From: an uncultured delta proteobacterium
Lineage (GTDB): Bacteria; Myxococcota_A; Polyangia; Fen-1088
Assembly: GCA_963767925.1 (NCBI GenBank)
Contig: CAVYGB010000005.1
Span: 1-59,735 of the forward strand
DNA length: 59,735 bases
Reading direction: 5' to 3'
The number at the start of each line of letters is the position of its first letter. The first letter of the stretch is position 1. The translations under genes were made by a program, and so were the position numbers. Below, piece by piece: positions 9,320-17,742 of this stretch. The notes below the pieces were generated by a model. That model saw only the letters and a list, made by a program, of their open reading frames with translations. It was not told where the DNA came from and ran no database searches.

Positions 9320-10495
9320 TCAGGCCGGCGGCGCCAGACGTTTGAGCCGCTCGCCGGCGGCGGCGATGGTGGCGTCGCTCTTGGCGAAGCAGAAGCGGGC
9401 CAGGGCGGGGGCCTTCTTCGGGTCGGCGTAGAAGGCCGAGGGCGGGATGGCGGCCACCCCCACTTCGGTGGTGAGGTGGCGGCAGAAGGTCACGTCGTCG
9501 GGAAAGCCGAGGTGGCCGATGTCGGCGAGCAGGAAATACGCCCCCTCGGCCGGCAGGGTCTTGAGGCCGGCGCCGTCGAGGATGGCGGCGAGGCGGACCC
9601 GGCGGGCGTCGTAGACCGCGCGCAGCTCGTCGAAGTAGCCGGTGGCGTGGGCCTGCTCGAGGGCCACCGCGGCGGCCTGCTGGAACGGGGTCGAGTTGCA
9701 GAAGGTGACGAACTGGTGGATGCCGCGGATGGCAGCGGTGAGCGGCGGGGCGGCCACCGTCCAGCCGATCTTCCAGCCGGTCACGCTGAAGGTCTTGCCG
9801 AGGCTGTCGACGGTGACGGTGCGGTCGCGCATGCCCGGGCGGGTGGCGATGGGGACGTGGCGGGCGCCGCCGAAGGTGATCTCGCTGTAGACCTCGTCGG
9901 CGATGACGTAGGCCCCGTGCTCGAGGCAGGCCTGGGCGACGAGGTCCAGCTCGTCGGGGCGCCACACCTTGCCGGTGGGGTTGTGGGGCGTGTTGAGGAT
10001 GACGAGCCTGGTGCGGGGGCCGAAGGCGGCGGCCAGCTCGGCCGGGTCGAGCTCCCAGCGCGGCGGGTGCAGGGTGACGACCTTGACGGTGCCCCCGGCG
10101 AACTGCACCGCCGGCAGGTACAGATCGTAAAACGGCTCGAAGACGACGACCTCGTCGCCGGGATCGAGCAGGGCCATGACGGCGTCGAACACACCCTCGG
10201 TGGCGCCGCCGGTGACGGTGACCTCCTGGTCGGGGTCGACGGTGAAGCCGTGGCGCCGCTGGTAATGGGCGGCCACCGCCGCGCGGAGGCTGGGCAGCCC
10301 GGGCGCGGCGGCGTACTGGTTGAGATCGGCGGCGATGGCCTCGGTGGCCGCGCGCTTGACGAAGTCGGGCGCCGGGAAGTCGGGGAAGCCCTGCCCCAGG
10401 TTGGCGGCCTTGTGCTCGATCGCCAGCCGGGTGATTTCGGTGAAGATCGACGTACCCAGGCCGTGCAGCCTGCGGGCGGGGCCCCGGGGTTCCAT
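9320..10495 (-). CDS. PLP-dependent aminotransferase class I/II (YbdL / kynurenine aminotransferase-like)
   Basis: Motifs NLGQGFPDF, LNTPHNPTG, DEVY and SLGKTFSVTGWKIG (PLP lysine). Confidence 0.9.
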   Translation of the reverse strand: MEPRGPARRLHGLGTSIFTEITRLAIEHKAANLGQGFPDFPAPDFVKRAATEAIAADLNQYAAAPGLPSLRAAVAAHYQRRHGFTVDPDQEVTVTGGATEGVFDAVMALLDPGDEVVVFEPFYDLYLPAVQFAGGTVKVVTLHPPRWELDPAELAAAFGPRTRLVILNTPHNPTGKVWRPDELDLVAQACLEHGAYVIADEVYSEITFGGARHVPIATRPGMRDRTVTVDSLGKTFSVTGWKIGWTVAAPPLTAAIRGIHQFVTFCNSTPFQQAAAVALEQAHATGYFDELRAVYDARRVRLAAILDGAGLKTLPAEGAYFLLADIGHLGFPDDVTFCRHLTTEVGVAAIPPSAFYADPKKAPALARFCFAKSDATIAAAGERLKRLAPPA

Positions 10496-10576
10496 GGGAA
10501 TGGAACCTACCGCGACTGGCCCGGCCTCGTCGCCCCCGGAACCGGGCCGGGGACGGCCAGGTGCGCTATCCCGCGA

Positions 10577-11203
10577 TCAGACGACAGGCTTGACCTTGAA
10601 GGAGCGCTTGATCATCCCGAACCAGAAGCCGATGCCGAGCACGAGGGTGAGGATGAGGCCCGGGGTGGTCATGGTGGGAAAATGGGTCGGGGCGATCATG
10701 CCGAACAGCATGGGGCCCGAGGCGTAGGTGTTGAAGCGCGAGGCCTTCATGGCGGTGACGGCCATCGCGGCGGCGTCGGGGTGGGGGGTGCCGGCCGCCA
10801 TGCCGCCGAGGATCTTCTTCTGGCGGGGCCAGATCACGAACCAGACGTTGAACCACATGATGGTGCCGAGGAGGGCGCCAAACAGGATCCACATGGCCCG
10901 GTGGCTCAGGCTGCCGTTTTCGAACAGGAGCTTCTGGTGGCCGTATTTGTAGAGGAAGAGCAGCCAGCCAAAGATGAACGTGTACATCGCGCCCCAGCGG
11001 AACCAGTAGAAGGCGCGCAGAAGCAGGCGGGGGTTGACCTTCGGCTTCAGCTCCTTGTCCAGGTCGCCCTGGAAGGGAACGTTCACCAGGTTGAAGAAGT
11101 ACAGGTGCCCGATCCAGATGATGCCGAAGACGATGTGGGCCCAGCGAAGCAGATAGGGAATGATCAGCTCGGGTTGGGTCAGCGGTTCCATGTGGGCGTG
11201 CAT
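10577..11203 (-). CDS. puuD: Urate hydroxylase PuuD-family membrane protein lacking a cytochrome c domain
   Basis: Motifs LRWAHIVFGIIWIGHLYFFN, WFRWGA, IMWFNVWFVIWPRQKK and SRFNTY. No CxxCH. Confidence 0.7.
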   Translation of the reverse strand: MHAHMEPLTQPELIIPYLLRWAHIVFGIIWIGHLYFFNLVNVPFQGDLDKELKPKVNPRLLLRAFYWFRWGAMYTFIFGWLLFLYKYGHQKLLFENGSLSHRAMWILFGALLGTIMWFNVWFVIWPRQKKILGGMAAGTPHPDAAAMAVTAMKASRFNTYASGPMLFGMIAPTHFPTMTTPGLILTLVLGIGFWFGMIKRSFKVKPVV

Positions 11204-11258
11204 ACCACCAAGCCGACCCGATGCCTAGGCTACCGCCCATGTTGCAAGGCGGGCACCC

Positions 11259-11322
11259 CCGCTGCCTGGTTGCCCTCTCCCCGCGAACGTCCGCGGCCGT
11301 GGGGAGAGAAAAGGGTGAGGGG
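11259..11322. repeat. REP-like palindromic element, subtype B
   Basis: CCGCTGCC..TTGCCCTCTCCCCGCG..CGCGGCCGTGGGGAGAG..GGGTGAGGGG, matching the copies at 16389 and 32394. Confidence 0.6.
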
Positions 11323-11337
11323 CGGCGGCACCTCGAG

Positions 11338-12555
11338 CTACCGCCGGGCGACCCGGCCGGTCTTCTTCGCGGCGGCGGGCTTGCGGGGGACGGTGGTCTT
11401 GCTGGCGGCGGCGGTGGCGGCGGCCTTGCGGCTGCCCGGCTTGCCCCAGTAGCGCTCGTACATCGGCGAGCGCTGGTATTCGCTGCGCAGGGCCTCGACC
11501 ATCTCGGGCAGCCGGCGCAGCAGGCGCCGGGGGCGGCGGGGCTTGCAGCGGGCCAGCACGTACGAGGCGATGAGCGGCAGGGCGATGGTCGAGTCGACGT
11601 AGCAGACCACCGTGTCGGGCAGCTTGTCCGGGTCGATCTTGCCCCAGGACACCGCCTCGGAGGGGGTGGCGCCCGACAGGCCGCCGGTGTCGGGGCGGGC
11701 GTCGGTGATCTGGATGAAGTAGTCGTGGCCCTTCTCGGCCACGCCGAGGATCTCCTGGAGCTGCGGCTCGGTCTGCAGCAGGAAGTTCTTGGGGGCGCCA
11801 CCGCCCAGGATCACCACGCCGGACAGGCCGCCCGCCTTGCGCTTGGCGTCCAGCACCAGGGCCGACATCTCGGTCACGTCGGCGCCGGGGCTGACGTGGG
11901 GGCCCCGCTCCGGGTCGGCGGTGTAGATGGCCGCCAGGTTGAGCCCGATCGTCGAGTCGCCCGGCGAGGCCACCCAGACCGGCACCTCGTATTCGTGGCA
12001 GGTGGCCAGCAGCGAGGGCTTGACCGCCCCCACCTTGCGGGCAGTCTCGAGGGCGTATTTGCCGATCAGGTGATGCAGCTCCGACCCCGACAGCGACCGC
12101 TGGAACTCGGGGCCCATCAACACGCGGTAGACCCACTCGTCGGTCTTGTAGAGGACGTCGGCGGGGAACAGGACGTCGTAGACCCGGATGACGCCATCCT
12201 TGCGCAGCTTCACGTCGTGGGCCCCGGTGGCCACGTCGGCGTTGCCCCGGTAAAGCGGCAGCCCCAGATCGAAGTGCAGGTCGTGGTAGAGGTTGGCGCC
12301 GGTCGAGGAGATGTAGTCGACGAAGCCGTTGCGGATGAGCGGCACCAGCACGGACGACAGGCCGGCCGGGGTGAGCGCCCCGGAGATCGACAGGCCGATG
12401 GTGGCGCCCTTGCGGATCATGCGCACCATGGTCTGGCAGGCCTCGCGCAGCCGGGCGGCGTTGTAGGCGCTGAAGTAGGTGTCGATCAGGGCGGCGACGT
12501 CGGCCGATCCGGTCTCGAGCGGGGGCGGCAGGATCCGGCGTTTGCGGTGGAGCAT
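11338..12555 (-). CDS. Deoxyhypusine synthase-family protein (homospermidine synthase SpeY-like)
   Basis: Motifs SGALTPAG, STGANLYHD, GDSTIG, GGGAPKNF and GGLSGATPSEAVSWGK (catalytic Lys). Confidence 0.88.
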   Translation of the reverse strand: MLHRKRRILPPPLETGSADVAALIDTYFSAYNAARLREACQTMVRMIRKGATIGLSISGALTPAGLSSVLVPLIRNGFVDYISSTGANLYHDLHFDLGLPLYRGNADVATGAHDVKLRKDGVIRVYDVLFPADVLYKTDEWVYRVLMGPEFQRSLSGSELHHLIGKYALETARKVGAVKPSLLATCHEYEVPVWVASPGDSTIGLNLAAIYTADPERGPHVSPGADVTEMSALVLDAKRKAGGLSGVVILGGGAPKNFLLQTEPQLQEILGVAEKGHDYFIQITDARPDTGGLSGATPSEAVSWGKIDPDKLPDTVVCYVDSTIALPLIASYVLARCKPRRPRRLLRRLPEMVEALRSEYQRSPMYERYWGKPGSRKAAATAAASKTTVPRKPAAAKKTGRVARR

Positions 12556-12638
12556 GACGCGCGGGAAAGTAGCACCTGCCGGCGGCGCCTCAAAGGGTGT
12601 CGGCCCCCCGGAGCGCTTGATTTTGATATAGATACCCG

Positions 12639-13086
12639 ATGTCGCGACGGTACTTCACCGTGGGGGAAGTCGACCGGCTGCTGCCGCGCCTTCAACAGAT
12701 CTTCGTGCAGCGTGTTGCAGCTTCGGGCGGCCATGCGCACCGAGCAGGACAAGCTCGAGCGCGCGGGCGTGGCGCTCACCCCCGAGGCCCTCGAGGGCAG
12801 CCGCGACGGCGACACCCCGGTGATCCGCCAGAGCAAGCTCATGTTCCGGGCCTTCTACGAGGAGCTGACCAAGCAGCTCTCCGAGGTGCAGGTGCTGGGC
12901 GGTGAGGTCAAGGACCTGGAGCAGGGGCTGGTCGACTTCCTGGCCCGCCGCCGCGAGCAGGACATCCTCCTGTGCTGGAAGCTGGGCGAGCGCAGCGTCG
13001 AGTACTGGCACGCGGTCGACGCCGGCTTCGGCGGGCGCCGCCGGATCGACGACGAGGTCCCGCGCGAACCGCCCGCCCTGGACTGA
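12639..13086 (+). CDS. DUF2203-family protein, frameshifted near 12710
   Basis: N-terminal RYFTVGEVDRLLP and C-terminal VKDLEQGLVDF...LCWKLGE..VEYWH..DAGFGGRRRI lie in frames differing by one base. Confidence 0.8.
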
Positions 13087-13125
13087 ACGGCTGCCGGAAC
13101 GGATTGACCGAACGGATTGACAACG

Positions 13126-13731
13126 ATGGCCCCCCCAATCAAGAAGCTCCCCGCCGACCCCCAGGCCCTGCGCCGGGCCATCGATCAGCTCCTGCGGGCC
13201 TCGGGGCTCGACCCCGAACACGACCCCGACCTGCTGCAGACGGCCGAGCGGGTCTCGCAGCTCTGGCAAAACGAGTTCCTCGCCGGCTACGACATGAACC
13301 CGGCCGCCATCCTCGGCGAGGCGGTGGTGGGGGAGGCCGACCCCGAGGTGGTGGTGGTGGGGGGGCTGCGCTTTCATTCGATGTGCCCGCACCACCTGCT
13401 GCCCTTCCGGGGGGTGGCCCACGTGGCCTACCTGCCCCAGGGCAAGCTGGTCGGGTTCGGGCGCCTGGCCGAGCTGGTCGAGTGTTTCACCAAGCGGCTG
13501 ACCCTGCAGGAGCGGGCCACCCACCAGATCGCCGAGGCCCTGTGCAACGAGCTCGGGGCGCGGGGGGCCGGCTGCGTGATCGAGGCCGAGCAGCTCTGCC
13601 TGGCCCTGCCCGGCGAGCGGCACGACGAGTCCGGCGTGGTGACGAGCGCCTTCGTGGGCGAGATGCGCGACCGCCCCGACCTGAAGGCCCGCCTGCTCGA
13701 AGCGGCCCACCTGCGAGGCGGCGCCGGGTAA
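13126..13731 (+). CDS. folE: GTP cyclohydrolase I (FolE)-like protein, divergent
   Basis: Motifs TAERV, SMCPHHLLPFRG.AHVAYLP, RLTLQER, IEAEQLC and TS. Zn ligands are kept but several other conserved residues differ. Confidence 0.8.
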   Translation: MAPPIKKLPADPQALRRAIDQLLRASGLDPEHDPDLLQTAERVSQLWQNEFLAGYDMNPAAILGEAVVGEADPEVVVVGGLRFHSMCPHHLLPFRGVAHVAYLPQGKLVGFGRLAELVECFTKRLTLQERATHQIAEALCNELGARGAGCVIEAEQLCLALPGERHDESGVVTSAFVGEMRDRPDLKARLLEAAHLRGGAG

Positions 13732-13742
13732 ACTCAGGCGGC

Positions 13743-14453
13743 ATGAAGCTGGCCGGCAAGATCGCCGTGGTCACCGGGGCCACGCGGGGGATCGGGCGGG
13801 CCATCGCCGCCAGCCTGGCCCGGGAGGGGGCCCAGGTGGTCGGCTGTGCGCGGGGCGAGGCGAAGCCGGGGTCGACCAGCTTCCTCGACGACCTGGCCCC
13901 GGCCGAGCGCAACGGCGGCTGGCTCGCGGTCTGCGACGTGCGCGATCCGGCCTCGGTGGCGCGCTTTCGCGACGAGGTGCTGGCCCGGGCCGGCGCGCCC
14001 GAGCTGCTGGTCAACAACGCCGGCACGGTGGTGCGGCAGGCCTTCCCTGCGCTCGCCCTCGAGGAATGGAACGAGGTGCTGACCTCCAACCTGACCGGGA
14101 CCTTCCTGGTGACCCGCGCATTTTTGCCGTCCATGCTGGCCCTCGGCCGGGGCGGGCGCATCCTCGTGATGTCCTCGATCGCCGGCCGCCAGGGGACCCC
14201 GATGCTCACCGCCTACTGCGCCGCCAAACACGGGGTCATCGGCCTGACCCGCGCGCTGGCCGAGGAGCTGCGGCAAGAGGGCATCGCCGTGAACGCGATC
14301 TGCCCAGGCTCCGTCGATACGGACATGCTAAAGATCGGGATGCCAGGGGGGACGGCGCGGATGTCTCCGGAAGAAGTAGCCCGCGTGGCGCTCTTTCTGG
14401 CGGCCGATGCCCCGGCCGCCCTGACGGGAGCGTGCATCGATGTATTCGGTTGA
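13743..14453 (+). CDS. SDR-family NAD(P)-dependent oxidoreductase
   Basis: Motifs TGATRGIG, NNAG, SS, YCAAK and ICPG.VDT. Confidence 0.9.
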   Translation: MKLAGKIAVVTGATRGIGRAIAASLAREGAQVVGCARGEAKPGSTSFLDDLAPAERNGGWLAVCDVRDPASVARFRDEVLARAGAPELLVNNAGTVVRQAFPALALEEWNEVLTSNLTGTFLVTRAFLPSMLALGRGGRILVMSSIAGRQGTPMLTAYCAAKHGVIGLTRALAEELRQEGIAVNAICPGSVDTDMLKIGMPGGTARMSPEEVARVALFLAADAPAALTGACIDVFG

Positions 14454-15129
14454 TCGGCCGGGCGACGACGGAGAGAACGCGGCGATTCTGCTGCGGGCGT
14501 TGCATCGTCTGCCGATGTTCCCCCTGCCGAGCGTGGTGCTGCTGCCCAACACCTTCTTGCCCCTGCACATCTTCGAGCCGCGCTATCGGGCGATGACCCG
14601 GGACGCGCTGGCGGGCGACCGCCTCATCGCCATGGGCTTCCAGCTCGGTCCGGACCACGACTACGACGGGCCGCCGCCGGTGGCCTCGGTGGCGGGGGTG
14701 GGCGAGATCGTGCTCGCCCAGAACCTGCCCGACGGCCGCTACAACCTCGTGCTGCGCGGGCGGGCCCGGGTGCACATCGACAAGGAGCTGCCGAGCGACC
14801 ACCCCTACCGGATGGTGCAGGCCAGCCTGCGCCCCGACGATCAGCCCAACAGCGTGGTCGATCTGCTCGACGCCGAGGCCTCGCTGCGGGCGCTCACCGT
14901 GGGCCTGGCCGACGCCCTGCCCGAGGGGGGCGAGCTGCTCAAGCAGGTGGTCGCCGCCCAGAACACGCCCGCCGCCCTGGTCGACGTGGTCGCCTCCACG
15001 TTGATCGCCGACCCGCGCGTCCGCCAGCAGCTCCTCGAGACCACCGACGTGGCCCACCGGATCGCCCGCGTCTCGACCGAGGTAGCCGGCATGACCTCCC
15101 GGTTGATCACCCCCAAGGGGTTGAACTAG
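14440..15129 (+). CDS. LON peptidase substrate-binding domain protein
   Basis: Motifs LPMFPLPSVVLLP..LPLHIFEPRYRAM and PDGRYNLVLRG. Overlaps the end of the SDR gene. Confidence 0.88.
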   Translation: MYSVDRPGDDGENAAILLRALHRLPMFPLPSVVLLPNTFLPLHIFEPRYRAMTRDALAGDRLIAMGFQLGPDHDYDGPPPVASVAGVGEIVLAQNLPDGRYNLVLRGRARVHIDKELPSDHPYRMVQASLRPDDQPNSVVDLLDAEASLRALTVGLADALPEGGELLKQVVAAQNTPAALVDVVASTLIADPRVRQQLLETTDVAHRIARVSTEVAGMTSRLITPKGLN

Positions 15130-15150
15130 CCACCGGCCGGTCGAATCGGA

Positions 15151-15200
15151 GACCCCTCACCCCTCCCTCTCCCCGCTGCGCGGGGCGAGGGCGAACGGGC
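15151..15200. repeat. REP-like palindromic element, subtype A
   Basis: GACCCCTCACCCCTCCCTCTCCCCGCTG-CGCGGGGCGAGGGCGAACGGGC. Confidence 0.7.
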
Positions 15201-15219
15201 GATGGGGAGCGGAGATCTG

Positions 15220-15297
15220 GCGGGTCAGTCGTGGTGCAGGCGCGGGTCAGTCGTGGTGCAGGCGCGGGTCAGTCGTGGTGCAGGCGTGGGTCAGTCG
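15220..15297. repeat. 22-bp tandem repeat, 3.5 copies
   Basis: GCGGGTCAGTCGTGGTGCAGGC at 15220, 15242 and 15264, plus a partial copy containing the stop of the 15291 gene. Confidence 0.85.
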
Positions 15298-15698
15298 GGG
15301 AGGCCGCGGCTGTCGGCGCTGGACCATTGCTTGATGCGCAGGCGGTAGTGGGTCCAGACGCCGAAGAAGGCGATGAAGGTGGCGAGCATGCCCCAGGCGG
15401 CGGGCGGGGCGCCTCCGGCGATGCCGGCGAGCAGGGCGAAGATGCCGCCGGCCGACCAGATCAGCTTGAGGTTGAGCAGCGCCTGGAAGCTGGGCAGGCC
15501 GTCCTTGCGGCCGAGGTAAGACTGGGTGCCGATGGCCAGCAGGGCGGCGGCGACGAGGCGGGCGCTCACCGGCTCGACAACCGTCCAGCCGAGCAGCCGC
15601 ATCGTGACGGCCGGCGCCAGCAGCAGCGGCACGCCGATGACCATGTCGACGATGAAATGCGCCACGAACCACCGGCGCAATGACGCGGGAATCTCCAT
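15291..15698 (-). CDS. Four-TM membrane protein of unknown function
   Basis: Starts MEIPASLRRWFVAHFIVD, with four hydrophobic segments and GC3-rich codons. Confidence 0.75.
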   Translation of the reverse strand: MEIPASLRRWFVAHFIVDMVIGVPLLLAPAVTMRLLGWTVVEPVSARLVAAALLAIGTQSYLGRKDGLPSFQALLNLKLIWSAGGIFALLAGIAGGAPPAAWGMLATFIAFFGVWTHYRLRIKQWSSADSRGLPD

Positions 15699-15789
15699 GG
15701 CGGGAATCCTAGTTGTTCTCCTCGCACCGGCGTCGGCAAATCGCAGCGGCGGGCGGCGCCGCCGGGGCATTCCCTGCTAGCCTTTCTCC

Positions 15790-16350
15790 GTGAACGCCAA
15801 AGCCACCGCCGGCCTGCTCCTGGCGCTCGCCGCCGCCGTCACCTGCCGGGAGGACCCGCCCCCCGGCGTGGCGCCCACCGACGCGGGATACGCGGGCGCG
15901 CCGGGGCGCGACGTGGTCTCGCCGCCCGACGGCTACTACTTCGACGTGCCGGGTCTCGAGGGCGGGCCGTCGGGGGGCAGCAACCCGATCGGCGGCGGCA
16001 CCGGGGGGCGGGACGGTGGGTCGGTGCGGGATGGCCGCACGGCCGACCGGGCCAGCGCGGATCGACCGGCGATCGGCTGCAATCTGGTGACCCAGAACTG
16101 CGGCGCGGGGCTGGGCTGTTACCCGGGGTCCGCGGGCTACGGGGTGTGCACGCAGGCGGGCTCGCTCGGGGAGGACACGCCCTGCGCGGAGCACGACAAC
16201 TGCGCGCCGGGGAATCTGTGTGTGGATGTGTTCGGCGGGGGGAGCAAGCTGTGCGAGCGGGTGTGCGCGAGCACGGCGACGCAGCCTTGCCCGGCGGGGC
16301 GGGTTTGCCAGACGTTCCCGGGGTCGACCACCGGGTATTGCACGCCGTGA
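15790..16350 (+). CDS. Cys-rich putative lipoprotein
   Basis: Signal peptide with AVTC lipobox-like motif, a Gly-rich linker, and CNLVTQNC..C..C repeats. Confidence 0.7.
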   Translation: MNAKATAGLLLALAAAVTCREDPPPGVAPTDAGYAGAPGRDVVSPPDGYYFDVPGLEGGPSGGSNPIGGGTGGRDGGSVRDGRTADRASADRPAIGCNLVTQNCGAGLGCYPGSAGYGVCTQAGSLGEDTPCAEHDNCAPGNLCVDVFGGGSKLCERVCASTATQPCPAGRVCQTFPGSTTGYCTP

Positions 16351-16388
16351 GCCGGTAGGCGCCGGGGCGGCCGGGCCGATGCGACCGG

Positions 16389-16453
16389 CCCCTCACCCTT
16401 ACCCTCTCCCCACGGCCGCAGACGGCCGCGGGGCGAGGGCAAACGGGCAGCGG
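16389..16453. repeat. REP-like palindromic element, subtype B
   Basis: CCCCTCACCCTTACCCTCTCCCCACGGCCGCAGACGGCCGCGGGGCGAGGGCAAACGGGCAGCGG. Confidence 0.7.
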
Positions 16454-16606
16454 GGCGTCGAGCTCCCTTTGCCAGAAAAAAGCGGGCAGCGGCGGCGTCG
16501 TGCTCCCTCTGCCCAGAAAAAAACGGGCAGCGGCGGCGTCGTGCTCCCTCTGCCCAGAAAAACAGCGGGCAGCGGCGGCGTCGAGCTCCCTTTGCCAGAA
16601 AACGGG
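16442..16606. repeat. ~41-bp tandem repeat, four copies
   Basis: Approximate unit A(A/G)CGGGCAGCGGCGGCGTCG(A/T)GCTCCCT(T/C)TGCC(C)AGAAAAA, with no unique spacers. Confidence 0.85.
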
Positions 16607-16613
16607 TGGCGAG

Positions 16614-17684
16614 TCAGTCGACGATCGTGGTCCAGGCGTCGGGGTCGGGGGTGCGGCCGTACTGGATGTCGGTGATGGCGGTGTAGAGCTTCTGGGAGAC
16701 CTCGCCGGGCTTGTCGTCGCCGACGATGAAGCGCTGGCCTTTCCAGCCGAGCTCGCCGACCGGGGAGATCACGGCGGCGGTGCCGGTGCCGAAGACCTCC
16801 TTGAGGGCGCCCGAGCGCTGGGCGCGCAGGAGCTCTTCCACGAGGATGCGGCGCTCGTTGACGGCGTAGCCCCAGCGGCGCAGCAGGGTGATGACCGAGT
16901 CGCGGGTGACGCCGCCGAGGATGGTGCCGGACAGCTCGGGGGTGGCGAACTCCTCGCCGATGCGCACGAAGAGGTTCATGGTGCCGACCTCCTCGAGGGC
17001 GGCGTGCTCGATCGAGTCGGTCCACAGCACCTGGGCGAAGCCGGCCTGCTTGGCCTCCTCGGCGGCCATCAGGCTGGCGGCGTAGTTGGCCGCGGCCTTG
17101 ACCGCGCCCAGGCCGCCGGGGGCGGCGCGGACGTATTTGTCCTCGATGCGGATGCGCACCGGGGCGAGGCTCTCGCCGTAATAGGCGCCCACCGGGGAGG
17201 CGATGATGAAGAACTGGTAGGTGGTGGCCGGGCGGACGCCGAGGAACGGCTCGGTGGCGAAGAGCGTTGGCCGGATGTAGAGGGCGGTGCCCGGTGAGGA
17301 CGGCACCCACTCGCGCTCGAGGCGGCACAGCTCGACCACCGCCTGGCGGAACAGCTCCGGATCGATCGACGGCATGCACAGCCGCTTGGCCCCCTCGGCC
17401 ATGCGGGCGGCGTGGCGGTCCAGGCGGAACACGCGCAGCTTGCCGTCGCTGCCGCGGAAGGCCTTGAGGCCGTCGAACAGCGACTGACCGTAGTGGATGC
17501 CGGCGGCGCCGGGGGAGACCGACAGGTCGCCGAAGGGGACCAGGCGGGGGTTCTTCCAGCCTTCCCCCTCCTCCCACTCGGCCAAAAACATGTGGTCGGT
17601 GAAGAAGCGCCCGAACTTCAGCTCGCCGTCCGGAGGATGGGGTCGCGGCGTGCGGGTGCGCTGCACAGGAATCGTCGCCGGCAT
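16614..17684 (-). CDS. ilvE: Branched-chain amino acid aminotransferase
   Basis: Motifs FGRFFTDHM, HYGQSLFDGLKA, LYIRP, GAVKAAANY, EEVGTMNLF, ILGGVTRDS and FGTGTAAVISP. Confidence 0.93.
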   Translation of the reverse strand: MPATIPVQRTRTPRPHPPDGELKFGRFFTDHMFLAEWEEGEGWKNPRLVPFGDLSVSPGAAGIHYGQSLFDGLKAFRGSDGKLRVFRLDRHAARMAEGAKRLCMPSIDPELFRQAVVELCRLEREWVPSSPGTALYIRPTLFATEPFLGVRPATTYQFFIIASPVGAYYGESLAPVRIRIEDKYVRAAPGGLGAVKAAANYAASLMAAEEAKQAGFAQVLWTDSIEHAALEEVGTMNLFVRIGEEFATPELSGTILGGVTRDSVITLLRRWGYAVNERRILVEELLRAQRSGALKEVFGTGTAAVISPVGELGWKGQRFIVGDDKPGEVSQKLYTAITDIQYGRTPDPDAWTTIVD

Positions 17685-17742
17685 GGCCCTATGATGCGCC
17701 CGCGGACGGTTTCGCGCAAAGGCGCCGGGAGGCAGACCCCCA

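Noticed and set aside
16442..16606. Possible CRISPR array
   Set aside because: Units are contiguous near-identical copies without unique spacers, and there are no cas genes. The same applies to the arrays at 15220, 31060, 32544 and 39426.
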